Made by a program: the position numbers and the translations under genes
Shown: positions 1 through 8,220 of the stretch, piece by piece
Layout: every line of letters begins with the position of its first letter
How positions within the stretch are numbered: the first letter of the stretch is position 1
NCBI GenBank assembly: GCA_027064305.1
Contig: JAMOPY010000042.1
Coordinates: forward strand, 1-17,823
DNA: 17,823 bases
From: Methanobacteriota archaeon
GTDB taxonomy: Archaea; JAADCQ01; Methanopyri; Methanopyrales; Methanopyraceae
Direction: 5' to 3'
Notes under the pieces: model-generated
The model's database searches: none
The model's input: only the letters and a program-made list of their open reading frames with translations
What the model was told of the DNA's origin: nothing

Positions 1-916
1 GCACGACGTCCCTCAGCTCCACCTTCGACCGCCCCTCGAGGACCGCGTGAGCCTGCGCCCGCTCGTACAGCCCGATCGTGGCCCGAACGCTCGCCGGCCG
101 CTCGATCTCCTCGTGCTCCCGCGTGGCCCGGACGAGGTCCACGATGAACTCGAGCACGTGCTCCGGCACCTCGACGTCCAGGTCCTCGCCGCGCTCCAGG
201 ACGATCCGCTTCTCCACCTTCCGGGACCTCGGGTAGGTCATCTTCACGGTGTCGAACCGGTCCAGCAGTACCTCGGAGAGCTCCTCGGTGCCGGCGTACT
301 CGTGCGGGTTCATCGTCGCGATCATGATGAAGTTGGCCGGGTAGTCCACCTCGTACCCCGCGATGGTGGCCCGCTGCTCCTCCAGCACCTGCAGGAGCGC
401 GTTCTGCAGCTTCTCGGGGCACCGGTTGATCTCGTCGAAGAACACGACCCCTCGGTTGCCCCGGAGCAGCTTACCGGGCGTGAAGGCGCGCGGGTCGGTG
501 GGCCCGTACTTCAGGGCCGCCACGGGGTCGATGTCGCCCAGCAGGTCCTCCGCGGTGAGGTCCGGGCTGCCCTGAATCCGCACGAACCGCTCCCGGCCCG
601 GGATAACCTCGGTCTCCAGCTCCTCCCTTGACTTGGACCGGCAGAGCGGGCAGACGGGCTCCTCCGGGTGGCAGTGGAACGGGCACCCCTTCACCGCCTC
701 GGCCGGGGGTAGCAGGTCGGCGATGGCCCGGGCCAGCGTGGTCTTACCCACGCCCGGCGGGCCCTCGATGAGCACGTGTCGGCCCGCGATCAGCGCGGAG
801 AGTACGTGCCGCTTCACCTCCTCCTGACCCAGGATCTGCGGGATCGGGTCCTCGCCCCGACCGAGCTTCTCGAGCACGACCTCGCGCAGCTCCTCGTGCA
901 CCTCCCGCACGGTCAA
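1..916 (-). CDS. ChlI/MoxR-like AAA+ ATPase (Mg/Co-chelatase subunit I family); 3' end runs off the window
   Basis: Not in the ORF track because it is open at the edge; I translated it by hand. TTG at 916-914 overlaps the nth stop (TTGA), with GGAGGTG upstream. It reads [10 protein letters not shown]...[11 protein letters not shown] (Walker A), [41 protein letters not shown] (Walker B), [21 protein letters not shown]. Confidence 0.88.
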   Translation of the reverse strand, partial: MTVREVHEELREVVLEKLGRGEDPIPQILGQEEVKRHVLSALIAGRHVLIEGPPGVGKTTLARAIADLLPPAEAVKGCPFHCHPEEPVCPLCRSKSREELETEVIPGRERFVRIQGSPDLTAEDLLGDIDPVAALKYGPTDPRAFTPGKLLRGNRGVVFFDEINRCPEKLQNALLQVLEEQRATIAGYEVDYPANFIMIATMNPHEYAGTEELSEVLLDRFDTVKMTYPRSRKVEKRIVLERGEDLDVEVPEHVLEFIVDLVRATREHEEIERPASVRATIGLYERAQAHAVLEGRSKVELRDVV

Positions 917-1557
917 CCGCTCTCACCACCTCCGGTCGGGCAGCGGTCTCGCACCGGGCACTCCTCGCACCGGGGCCGGGATCGACACACGTCCCGGCCG
1001 AACTGTATGAGGGCCAGGTGGGCTTTTCCTCGTTTACCCTCGGGAACCGCCGCGTGCACGGCCCGCTGCACCCTCTCGTAGTCCCGGGACTCGGTCAGCC
1101 CCAGCCGCCGGGCGATCCGACGCACGTGCACGTCCACCGGGCACAGGTCGTGCCCGCCCGCGAACAGCAGGACCACGTCGGCGGTCTTGGGACCCACCCC
1201 GGGCAACTCGAGCAGCACCCGCCGGGCCTCCTCGATCGGGCGCCGGACCACCTCCCCCAGGTCCAAACCGTCCTCCACGATCCGCTCGCAGCAGGCCTTG
1301 ATCCAGCGGGCCTTCTGCCGGTACAGTCCGGCCCCGCGCAGGACCTCCTCGAGCTCGCTCAGGCTCGCTTGAACCACGTCCTCCGGCGTCCGGAACCGCT
1401 CGAAGAAGCGCTCGGACACGCGGTAGGTGAGGGTGTCCCGGGTCCGCTGTGAGATGATCGTCCGGACGAGCACCTTGAACGGATCCTCCCGGCGCCGCAG
1501 CCGCTCCATTATGGGGTGGTCCTCGTAGAGGCCGATGATCTCCATCACCGGGTTCAC
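913..1557 (-). CDS. nth: Endonuclease III family HhH-GPD DNA glycosylase with a C-terminal [4Fe-4S] motif
   Basis: [15 protein letters not shown], HhH motif [12 protein letters not shown] (catalytic Lys), VDVHVRRI (catalytic Asp), C-terminal [16 protein letters not shown]. Confidence 0.92.
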   Translation of the reverse strand: MNPVMEIIGLYEDHPIMERLRRREDPFKVLVRTIISQRTRDTLTYRVSERFFERFRTPEDVVQASLSELEEVLRGAGLYRQKARWIKACCERIVEDGLDLGEVVRRPIEEARRVLLELPGVGPKTADVVLLFAGGHDLCPVDVHVRRIARRLGLTESRDYERVQRAVHAAVPEGKRGKAHLALIQFGRDVCRSRPRCEECPVRDRCPTGGGESG

Positions 1558-1570
1558 GGCGCCCCGGCCC

Positions 1571-1586
1571 GCGAAACTCCTTAATA
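1571..1586 (+). promoter_or_regulatory. Putative archaeal BRE-TATA promoter for tRNA-Sec; the AT-rich patch may also serve the divergent nth gene
   Basis: GCGAAA-CTCC-TTAATA about 35 nt upstream of the tRNA 5' end; part of the only AT-rich island between the two divergent genes. Confidence 0.55.
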
Positions 1587-1621
1587 CTTGATAAGTCGTG
1601 CCGTGGACGGGCCCGACCCCC

Positions 1622-1711
1622 GGCCGCCGCCACCGGGGTGGTCCCCGGGCCGGACTTCAGATCCGGCGCGCCCCGAGACGGGGCGCGGGGTTCAATTCCC
1701 CGCGGCGGCCG
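1622..1711 (+). tRNA. selC: tRNA-Sec (anticodon UCA), archaeal 9/4 fold
   Basis: 9-bp acceptor GGCCGCCGC (1622-1630)/GCGGCGGCC (1702-1710); 6-bp D stem CCGGGG/CCCCGG with loop TGGT; 6-bp anticodon stem GCCGGA/TCCGGC with loop CT-TCA-GA (anticodon 1657-1659); long variable arm GCGCCCCG-AGA-CGGGGCGC; 4-bp T stem GGGG/CCCC with loop TTCAATT; discriminator G at 1711. Confidence 0.97.
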
Positions 1712-1715
1712 CCCC

Positions 1716-3002
1716 TCAATCGTTACGTGACCCATAACGAATGTCCCGGGCCGGGGGAACCAGGGACCGCACGTCCTCCACGACCCGCCGCACCATCTCC
1801 CGATCCTCCCGCACCTCCGGCCGCACGTACACCCGGAGGGTCGGGATCTCCCGCTCCGCCCGCTCCTTCAGCGTCCTCACGAGATCCGACACCTCCGACA
1901 GCGGCACCTGACCCTCCTCGGTCCTCACGATCACCCCCTCCGAGGACGGGTCGTACGGCACGATCTTCGAGGAGTCCAGCAGGACGCCATTCGGGTCCCC
2001 CAGGTGCTCCTCCGAGACCTCCTCCGCCCACCGGATCAGCTCCCCGTGCGTGGGCTCCTCCGAGGCCTTGTACTCGGCCACGCACTTGTACAGCCGGCGC
2101 GCCCGAAGCCCCTCCACCAGCTCCCGCGCCTCCGGGTGCTCCATCAGCTCGTGCAGCAGCCGGCAGTCGTCCATCTCCAGGAACGCGGCCCGCGCGTTCT
2201 CCTTCCGGAGCAGCCGATCCGGGTCGAAGGCGCCGAGGTCCAGGTGCCCGTCGTCCACCGCCAGCCGGATCGCCCGCAGGAGCATCGCGTCCCCGGCCCG
2301 GCACGTCTTGTGGAAGTACACCGTCCGGTACATGTGGTACCGGGCGACGAGCACGGATTCCGCCGCCTCCACCCCCTTCCAGTGCACCGTGATCCGCTCG
2401 CCCAGCTCCAGCGTGTGCAGGACCCGATCCAGCTCGATCCTCCCGTACTCCACCCCCGCGTGCAGGGAATCCCGCACGAGGTAGTCCAACCGGTCCACCC
2501 CCAGGTCGCCGGCGATGATCTGGTGCAGCATCCGCGTCCACCCCTTCCCCGGGCCGAACGCCGTCTCCAGCACCGCCTCCACGTCCATCACGTCCTCCCG
2601 CTCCAGCACCACCCGGGCCACCGCCGCCCCGATGTCCTCGTGATCCACCCCCAGCTCCTCCTCCAACAGCGGCTCCGGCACGTGGGAGAACGGCGGGTGG
2701 CCCACGTCGTGCAGCAGCCCCGCCAGCCCCAGCACCTCCTCCACGTACTCCCGGGAGAACCGGCCCACCTCCGGCACGTCCCTCCGCAACCGCTCCCAGT
2801 GGATCTCCAGGACCCGATCGCAGAGGCACTTCACGCCCAGGCTGTGCTCCAGCCTGACGTGGGTCGCCCCCGGGTACACCAGGTCGGCCAGGCCCAGCTG
2901 CCGCACCCGGCGCAGCCGCTGCATCTCCGGGGAGTCGAGCACCCGCTCGCTGACCCCGTCCACCTCCACGAACCCGTGCACCGGGATCCGCACGACCCTC
3001 AA
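1716..3002 (-). CDS. HD-domain phosphohydrolase (SAMHD1/dGTPase-like family)
   Basis: QRLRRVRQLG, YPGATHVRLEHSLG, LLHDVGHPPFSH, VDRLDYLVRDS, MYRTVYFHK. Start reassigned to TTG at 3002, which overlaps the upstream TGA. Confidence 0.88.
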   Translation of the reverse strand: MRVVRIPVHGFVEVDGVSERVLDSPEMQRLRRVRQLGLADLVYPGATHVRLEHSLGVKCLCDRVLEIHWERLRRDVPEVGRFSREYVEEVLGLAGLLHDVGHPPFSHVPEPLLEEELGVDHEDIGAAVARVVLEREDVMDVEAVLETAFGPGKGWTRMLHQIIAGDLGVDRLDYLVRDSLHAGVEYGRIELDRVLHTLELGERITVHWKGVEAAESVLVARYHMYRTVYFHKTCRAGDAMLLRAIRLAVDDGHLDLGAFDPDRLLRKENARAAFLEMDDCRLLHELMEHPEARELVEGLRARRLYKCVAEYKASEEPTHGELIRWAEEVSEEHLGDPNGVLLDSSKIVPYDPSSEGVIVRTEEGQVPLSEVSDLVRTLKERAEREIPTLRVYVRPEVREDREMVRRVVEDVRSLVPPARDIRYGSRND

Positions 3003-3655
3003 GACCGACTCCCCAACCGCTCCTCCAGCCTCCGAACCGCCCTCAGGTACCGCCCCGATCGAACCGTCCTCCGGACCGTCTCCAGCGCCTCCCGGCACCG
3101 ACGCTCGTGCTCCTCACCCAGGTGCAGCCGGGTGAACTCCACCAGCGCCTCCACCATCGCCCCCTCCCCCCTCACCAGCGCGCGGGGCCTCGGGTGCAAC
3201 AGCCCCCAGTCGGAGACCCGAAGCTCGGCCCGGAGCACCCCCCGACCGTCCTCGGACGCCCGGACCCTCTCCAGGACGAGGAAGGCCCGCGTTCCCTCCG
3301 CCACCGGCACGCCGGCCCGCTCCCGCACCGGCAGCTCGTCGAAGAGGGCCCGCAGGAAGTCGATCGGGTCCGGGTTCACGCAGGCCACGAGCCGCCCCGA
3401 CTCCTCGAAATTCCGCCGGGTCCGCGAGCCCCGGTACAGGGCGACCCGGGGCGTCCCGTCGAAGAGGCGCAGCCCCACCGGCGCCACGTTCCGACCCGCG
3501 GGCCCCTCCGTGACCGCGAGCACCTCGTTGACCGCCTCCGACCGCAGCCCCAGGAACTCCGGCGGCGGTTCCAGCTCCCCGGAAAGCAGCCGACGGGCCA
3601 CCCTCCGGGCCTCCCTCACGGACCCCACGTCGAATAGCTCCGGGCAGGAGAGCAC
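2999..3655 (-). CDS. DUF447 family protein (split-barrel-like); start uncertain
   Basis: Recognised pattern NEVLAVT...NVAPVG...LYRGSRTRRN...D..DFLRAL...RGEGAMVEALVEFTRL. I chose the first in-frame GTG after the CitG stop. Confidence 0.72.
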   Translation of the reverse strand: MLSCPELFDVGSVREARRVARRLLSGELEPPPEFLGLRSEAVNEVLAVTEGPAGRNVAPVGLRLFDGTPRVALYRGSRTRRNFEESGRLVACVNPDPIDFLRALFDELPVRERAGVPVAEGTRAFLVLERVRASEDGRGVLRAELRVSDWGLLHPRPRALVRGEGAMVEALVEFTRLHLGEEHERRCREALETVRRTVRSGRYLRAVRRLEERLGSRS

Positions 3656-3666
3656 GCGGGCGAGGA

Positions 3667-4563
3667 CTACGGTCTCATCCCCAACCGGCACGCGTACCCC
3701 AACCCCGCCGCCAGGATGTCCGCGGTCGACCCGGGGTTGATCCCCCGCTCGTGCAGCTCCTCGTCCATCCGCCACAGCTCCCGGCACCGCGTGACGGGAC
3801 CGTCGCCGGCCAGCCGCAGCACCTCCCGCGCCCGACGGGAGACCTCCAGCGCCGCCCTCAGCCCGTGCTTCCGCCAGATCAGCGTGTCGGGCCGGCGGGC
3901 CAGCTCCTCCAGGAAGACCCGAACGATGGCCTCGTTCACGTCCCCCAGCTCGGTCGACAGCTCCAGCACCCGGGTCCCCACCCGGAGCGTCCGCCTCAGC
4001 CCGCTCACCCAGTCCTCGGCCACCGCGTCCCGCTCGGCGGAGGCCCTCAGCGCCTCGTACATCGTGACCCCCTCGCGCAGCACCCGGTCCGGCTCCCGCA
4101 CGTCCGGGGCGTCCCCCTTACCCACCCGCCTCAGGCCCCCAGCCCCCGCGAGCTCGATGGCCCGGTACAGGTAGTACGCGTCCTCCTCCGTCGTCTCCCT
4201 CGCCAGCCGGCGCGCCTCCCGCCTCACCTCGGCCCGGTCCAGCGAGGCGCGAGCCAGGGCCGCCGCCAGCAGCGTGTCCAGGATGAGGATGCCCAGGTTC
4301 GTGTTCCCGCCCGTGTGCGCGGACCGGGAGGCCCTAACCGCCCGGTACAGGTACCGACCGAGCGGCACGCGGTCCCGGCTGGCGGCCGCCTCCGCCAGCT
4401 CCCTGAGCACCGGGTAGGCGGCCACGGCGCTGGCCAGGAAGTGCTCGAACCGGGTGTCCTCGAAGTCCCGCGTCCGGTGTACGTTCCCGGGCTTGGGCCA
4501 GCCTGAGACCTCCAGCAGCGCGCCGAGCGTCAGGCTGGCGGCGATCTCGTCGGCCTCACTCAT
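3667..4563 (-). CDS. Archaeal CitG/MdcB family (triphosphoribosyl-dephospho-CoA synthase-like) protein
   Basis: LLEVSGWPKPGNVHR, GGNTNLGILIL, PDTLIWRKHG, INPGSTADI. ATG at 4563 overlaps the PAP2 stop (ATGA). Confidence 0.88.
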   Translation of the reverse strand: MSEADEIAASLTLGALLEVSGWPKPGNVHRTRDFEDTRFEHFLASAVAAYPVLRELAEAAASRDRVPLGRYLYRAVRASRSAHTGGNTNLGILILDTLLAAALARASLDRAEVRREARRLARETTEEDAYYLYRAIELAGAGGLRRVGKGDAPDVREPDRVLREGVTMYEALRASAERDAVAEDWVSGLRRTLRVGTRVLELSTELGDVNEAIVRVFLEELARRPDTLIWRKHGLRAALEVSRRAREVLRLAGDGPVTRCRELWRMDEELHERGINPGSTADILAAGLGYACRLGMRP

Positions 4564-5021
4564 GCCACCAGGCACCCCGCGAGCAGCCCCAGCAGGAACC
4601 CGGCCAGCACGTCCGAGGGGTAATGGGCGCGCGAGGCGACCCGGGCCACCCCCACGAGCACGGTGAGCCCGGCGACGACCGCCCCCGCCCAGGCGGAGGC
4701 GTCGAACGCCACCGGGATCAGTGAGGCCACGCGCGCCGTGTGCGTGCTGGGGAAGGAGTACCCCCAGGGCCTCCGACCGGATCGCTCCGGCCGCTCCCGG
4801 GCCACGATCAGCTTCAGCACCTCGCTGGAGGCCATCGAGACGACGAGCGCCTCGAGCATTTTCAGCCCGATCCGCCGGTCCACCAGCAGGAAGACGAGCA
4901 GTGAGAGGGGGAAGAGCGTCCACCCGCTGAGCGCGATCCCCACGAGCTCGGACCACGGGCGGGGGCGGTCCGGCACCCGCTCCATCGCCCACTCGTCCAG
5001 CCGCCGGATCGCCCGGATCAT
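4560..5021 (-). CDS. PAP2 family membrane phosphatase
   Basis: Three PAP2 motifs: KLIVARERP, YSFPSTHT, RVASRAHYPSDVLAG; several hydrophobic segments. ATG at 5021 overlaps the hemB stop. Confidence 0.9.
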   Translation of the reverse strand: MIRAIRRLDEWAMERVPDRPRPWSELVGIALSGWTLFPLSLLVFLLVDRRIGLKMLEALVVSMASSEVLKLIVARERPERSGRRPWGYSFPSTHTARVASLIPVAFDASAWAGAVVAGLTVLVGVARVASRAHYPSDVLAGFLLGLLAGCLVA

Positions 5022-5995
5022 TCCAGCCACTCCACCACCTCGGGGGCGAAGTACGTGAGGATCAGGTCGGCCCCGGCCCGCTTGATGCACACGAGCGACT
5101 CGAGGACGGCGGCCTCGTACTCCACGTACCCACGCTCGGCCGCGGCCTTGATCATCGCGTACTCGCCGCTGACCTGGTAGGCGGCGATCGGCAGGTCGAA
5201 CCGCCGGCGCGCCTCCCGGACCACGTCCAGGTACGGCATCGCGGGCTTGACCATCAGGATGTCCGCCCCCTCCCTCGCGTCCAGCTCCAGCTCCCGGAGC
5301 GCCTGCCGCAGGCACCGCGGATCCATCTGGTACGTGCTCCGATCGCCGAACCGAGGCGCCGACTCGGCCGCGTCCCGGAACGGGCCGTAGAACGCGCTAT
5401 GGTACTTCGCCGAGTACGCCATGATCAGCACGTCCTCGAACCCCTCGCTCTCCAGCGCCTCCCGGATCGCCTTCACGCGCCCGTCCATCATGTCCGACGG
5501 GGCGACCACGTCCGCCCCCGCCTCCGCGTGCGACAGGGCCACCTCCACCAGCCGCTCCACGGTCGGATCGTTCAGGACCCGGCCCGTCTCCTCGTCCACC
5601 ACCCCGCAGTGACCGTGCGTCGTGTACTGGCACAGGCACACGTCCGTGATCACCACGATCTCGTCCCCGTACTCCTCCTTCAGCGCCCGCACCGTCCGCT
5701 GCACGACCCCCTCCTGATCCGCCGCGACCCGGCCCTCCGGGTCCTTCTCCCGCGGGATCCCGAAGAGGATGAACGCCCGGAGCCCCCTGTCCAGCAGCTC
5801 GCCCACCAGCTCGACCGCGGACTCCACGGACTGGTACCGCTGGCCCGGCATCGACGGGATCTCACCCGTCTTCCCGTCCTCCCGGACGAAGATCGGGTAG
5901 ATCAGGTCGTCCGGGCTCAGCCGCACCTCCGCGACCAGGTCCCGAACGGCCTCGGACTTCCGGTACCGCCGCATCCGCACCAGCGGGTACTCCAT
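5018..5995 (-). CDS. hemB: Porphobilinogen synthase (ALA dehydratase), Zn-dependent
   Basis: DVCLCQYTTHGHCG Zn ligands, APSDMMDGRV, YSAKYHSAFYGPFRDAA, LMVKPAMPYLD, AYQVSGEYAMIK. Confidence 0.97.
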   Translation of the reverse strand: MEYPLVRMRRYRKSEAVRDLVAEVRLSPDDLIYPIFVREDGKTGEIPSMPGQRYQSVESAVELVGELLDRGLRAFILFGIPREKDPEGRVAADQEGVVQRTVRALKEEYGDEIVVITDVCLCQYTTHGHCGVVDEETGRVLNDPTVERLVEVALSHAEAGADVVAPSDMMDGRVKAIREALESEGFEDVLIMAYSAKYHSAFYGPFRDAAESAPRFGDRSTYQMDPRCLRQALRELELDAREGADILMVKPAMPYLDVVREARRRFDLPIAAYQVSGEYAMIKAAAERGYVEYEAAVLESLVCIKRAGADLILTYFAPEVVEWLE

Positions 5996-6000
5996 CCGGG

Positions 6001-7221
6001 CTACCCCCTCGACACCCTCCTCAGGGATCGGGAGAGCTCCTCACAAATCCTGTCCCGGTCCCCGCCCGGAAGCCGATGGAGCGTGGAGGAGAGCGCGCCG
6101 ATCAGCCGCTTCGTGTACGCCTCCGCGAAGTCCCTCAACACCCGCTCCGGGTCCGACCCCTCCAGCCTCCGCAGCGCCCGCTCCAGCTCCCGCTCCTTCA
6201 GCTCGTTCAGCGACCGGGCGACCCGGGCCACCGACCGGCGCCTCTCCAGCCGCTCCAGCTCCCGCTCCAGCGACCTCAGCTCCTCCCGGATGATCTCCTC
6301 CACCTTCGGGATCTCGGAGCGTCGCCGCTCCAGGTTCTCCCGGGCGATCTCCCGAAGGTCGTCGATCGTCCGGACCTCCACCCCCTCCAGCCGCTCCACG
6401 CCGCGCTCCACGTCCCTCGGGTTCGCGATGTCGATGATCAGCAGCGGCCGATCCCCGCGCCCCCGCAGCGCGCGCCGCACGTGCTCCACCGTGATCACGG
6501 GGTGCGGGGCGGCCGTGGCCGAGACGACCACGTCCGCCGCGGCGAGGTGCTCCTCCAACCGGTCGAACCTCACGGCCCGACCGCCCAGCTTCTCGGCCAG
6601 CCGCACGGCCCGCTCGTACGTCCGGTTGGCCACCAGCACGGCCCTGACGCCGCGGTCCACCAGCGCCCGGGCCACGGTCTTCCCCATCTCCCCGGCGCCC
6701 ACGACCAGAACGGTGCGGTCGCTCAGGTCCCCCAGCTCCCGCTCCGCGAGCTCCACCGCGGCGGAGCCGATGGACACCGCCCCCTCGCTGATCGCGGTCT
6801 CCCTCCGGGCCCGCTTCCCCACCGAGATCGCCTTCCGGAACACGAGCTTCAACCGATCGTCCAGCGTGCCCAGCCGGGCCGCCCGCTCGTACGCCTCCTT
6901 CACCTGCCGCAGGATCTCCTGCTCCCCCACCATCATCGACTCCAGGCCGCAGGCCACCCGGAACAGGTGCTCCACCGCGTCCCGACCCCTCTTCACCCAG
7001 GCCTCCTCGTCCACCAGCTCCCGCAGCCGGTCAACGTGACCCTCCCGCACCCCGGACGCGTACAGCTCCACCCGGTTGCACGTCTGCAGGAGCGCGCACC
7101 CGGAGAGGTCGAAGGTCTCCTTGATCTCGGGTAGGGCCTCCTCGTCCTCGAACCGGGCCCGCTCGAGCCGCTCCACCTCCGCCTCCTTGTGCGTGAGACC
7201 GATGCAAACAAAATCATCCAT
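6001..7221 (-). CDS. hemA: Glutamyl-tRNA reductase
   Basis: LLQTCNRVELY (catalytic Cys), GLESMMVGEQEILRQV, GAGEMG Rossmann motif, DIANPRDV. Confidence 0.97.
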   Translation of the reverse strand: MDDFVCIGLTHKEAEVERLERARFEDEEALPEIKETFDLSGCALLQTCNRVELYASGVREGHVDRLRELVDEEAWVKRGRDAVEHLFRVACGLESMMVGEQEILRQVKEAYERAARLGTLDDRLKLVFRKAISVGKRARRETAISEGAVSIGSAAVELAERELGDLSDRTVLVVGAGEMGKTVARALVDRGVRAVLVANRTYERAVRLAEKLGGRAVRFDRLEEHLAAADVVVSATAAPHPVITVEHVRRALRGRGDRPLLIIDIANPRDVERGVERLEGVEVRTIDDLREIARENLERRRSEIPKVEEIIREELRSLERELERLERRRSVARVARSLNELKERELERALRRLEGSDPERVLRDFAEAYTKRLIGALSSTLHRLPGGDRDRICEELSRSLRRVSRG

Positions 7222-7262
7222 GGGAAGGCCCCCACCGCCACACGCTCACGGGGGAGACCGGG

Positions 7263-7511
7263 TTGTCGAAGTCCGAGGCCCTGGCCCACCTGACCGTCAT
7301 GGAACGGACGTACAACATCAAGATTAAAAACAAGGAAGAGGTGGCCGAGGCGATCGCGGAGAAGGCGCTCGAGACGGGCGTGGAGCCCATCCACATCTGC
7401 ACGGCGATCAACACCTGGCTCGCGCAGCGGATCTCCCAGGGCGAGGTGGAGGAGAACGAGGAGATCGAGATCCCCCGGGAGATGATCGAGAACATCCGGG
7501 TCAAGGAGTGA
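7263..7511 (+). CDS. Small hypothetical protein with acidic C-terminus (82 aa)
   Basis: Fills the gap between hemA and nep1; mostly typical codon usage (GAG, ATC, AAG); GGGGGAG upstream of the TTG; no family recognised. Confidence 0.75.
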   Translation: MSKSEALAHLTVMERTYNIKIKNKEEVAEAIAEKALETGVEPIHICTAINTWLAQRISQGEVEENEEIEIPREMIENIRVKE

Positions 7512-8207
7512 TCAGCCCAGCACCCCGGCCGCCAGCTCGAACGCCGTCACGATCCTCGCCGCCACCGTCCACGCGTCCAGCGGCTCGTCGTAGAGCCGCA
7601 CGACGTCGTCCGCCCTCTCGTAGAACTCCTCCGAGAAGTCCCCCTTCGGGAACCCCCCGACGATCACGCCCACGCGGTCCACGCCCGCGTCCAGGATCCC
7701 CGCCAGGTAACCCACCGGCTCGATCCGGTCCCCCCTCTCCGAGAGCAGCACGTTCACCTCGTTGGCGTCCAGGATCTTCCACACGTCCACGTCCAGCACC
7801 TCGATCAACGGGTCGTCAGCGTCCGGCGGCGCCTGACCCTCCTTCAGCACCTGCTCCATGAGGCCGAAGAACCGGTACTGATCCCGCGGCAGCCGCACGT
7901 CGTTCCGGAACCAGATCACCTGATCGTGCCGCGTGTGCACGTACACGTCGATCAGGTTCTCCCGTGCGGCCGGCGAGTCGAGCACGTGAAGCAGCGTCAC
8001 GTGCACGATGTCCGGCCGACCCCGACGGTCCCGCTCCGGCAGCCGCTTGTCCCGCATCGCCACGTGGTGCTTGCTGGCGATCAGCAGGCACTCCCCGGGC
8101 TTCCGACCGCGCCGCTTCGCCCACCGGGTCACGTGCGGGTGACTCCGGAGCTTCGGCGGGATCAGCTCCAGCTCCGACTCCGCCAGCACGAAGCACAGCC
8201 TCGGCAA
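7512..8207 (-). CDS. nep1: 16S rRNA pseudouridine N1-methyltransferase Nep1 (SPOUT family)
   Basis: FVLAESELELIP, RGRPDIVHVTLL...LDSP, VYVHT, RLPR...RF.GLMEQ, IVGGFPKGDF. Start reassigned to TTG at 8207. Confidence 0.92.
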   Translation of the reverse strand: MPRLCFVLAESELELIPPKLRSHPHVTRWAKRRGRKPGECLLIASKHHVAMRDKRLPERDRRGRPDIVHVTLLHVLDSPAARENLIDVYVHTRHDQVIWFRNDVRLPRDQYRFFGLMEQVLKEGQAPPDADDPLIEVLDVDVWKILDANEVNVLLSERGDRIEPVGYLAGILDAGVDRVGVIVGGFPKGDFSEEFYERADDVVRLYDEPLDAWTVAARIVTAFELAAGVLG

Positions 8208-8220
8208 CGGGGGCGACCCC

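Noticed and set aside
934-990. Nth Fe-S motif spacing CX5CX2CX5C instead of the usual CX6CX2CX5C
   Set aside because: All four Cys and the catalytic Lys and Asp are retained; a one-residue loop deletion is not evidence of new function.
1622-1711. Reading the UCA-anticodon tRNA as an opal suppressor, tRNA-Trp or tRNA-Ser
   Set aside because: The 9/4 acceptor-T fold, 6-bp D stem with 4-nt loop and long variable arm are diagnostic of tRNA-Sec.
1598-2392. 264-aa Pro-rich ORF on +, and the 1034-1735 ORF on -
   Set aside because: Both run through the tRNA-Sec gene and overlap established CDSs; low-complexity translations.
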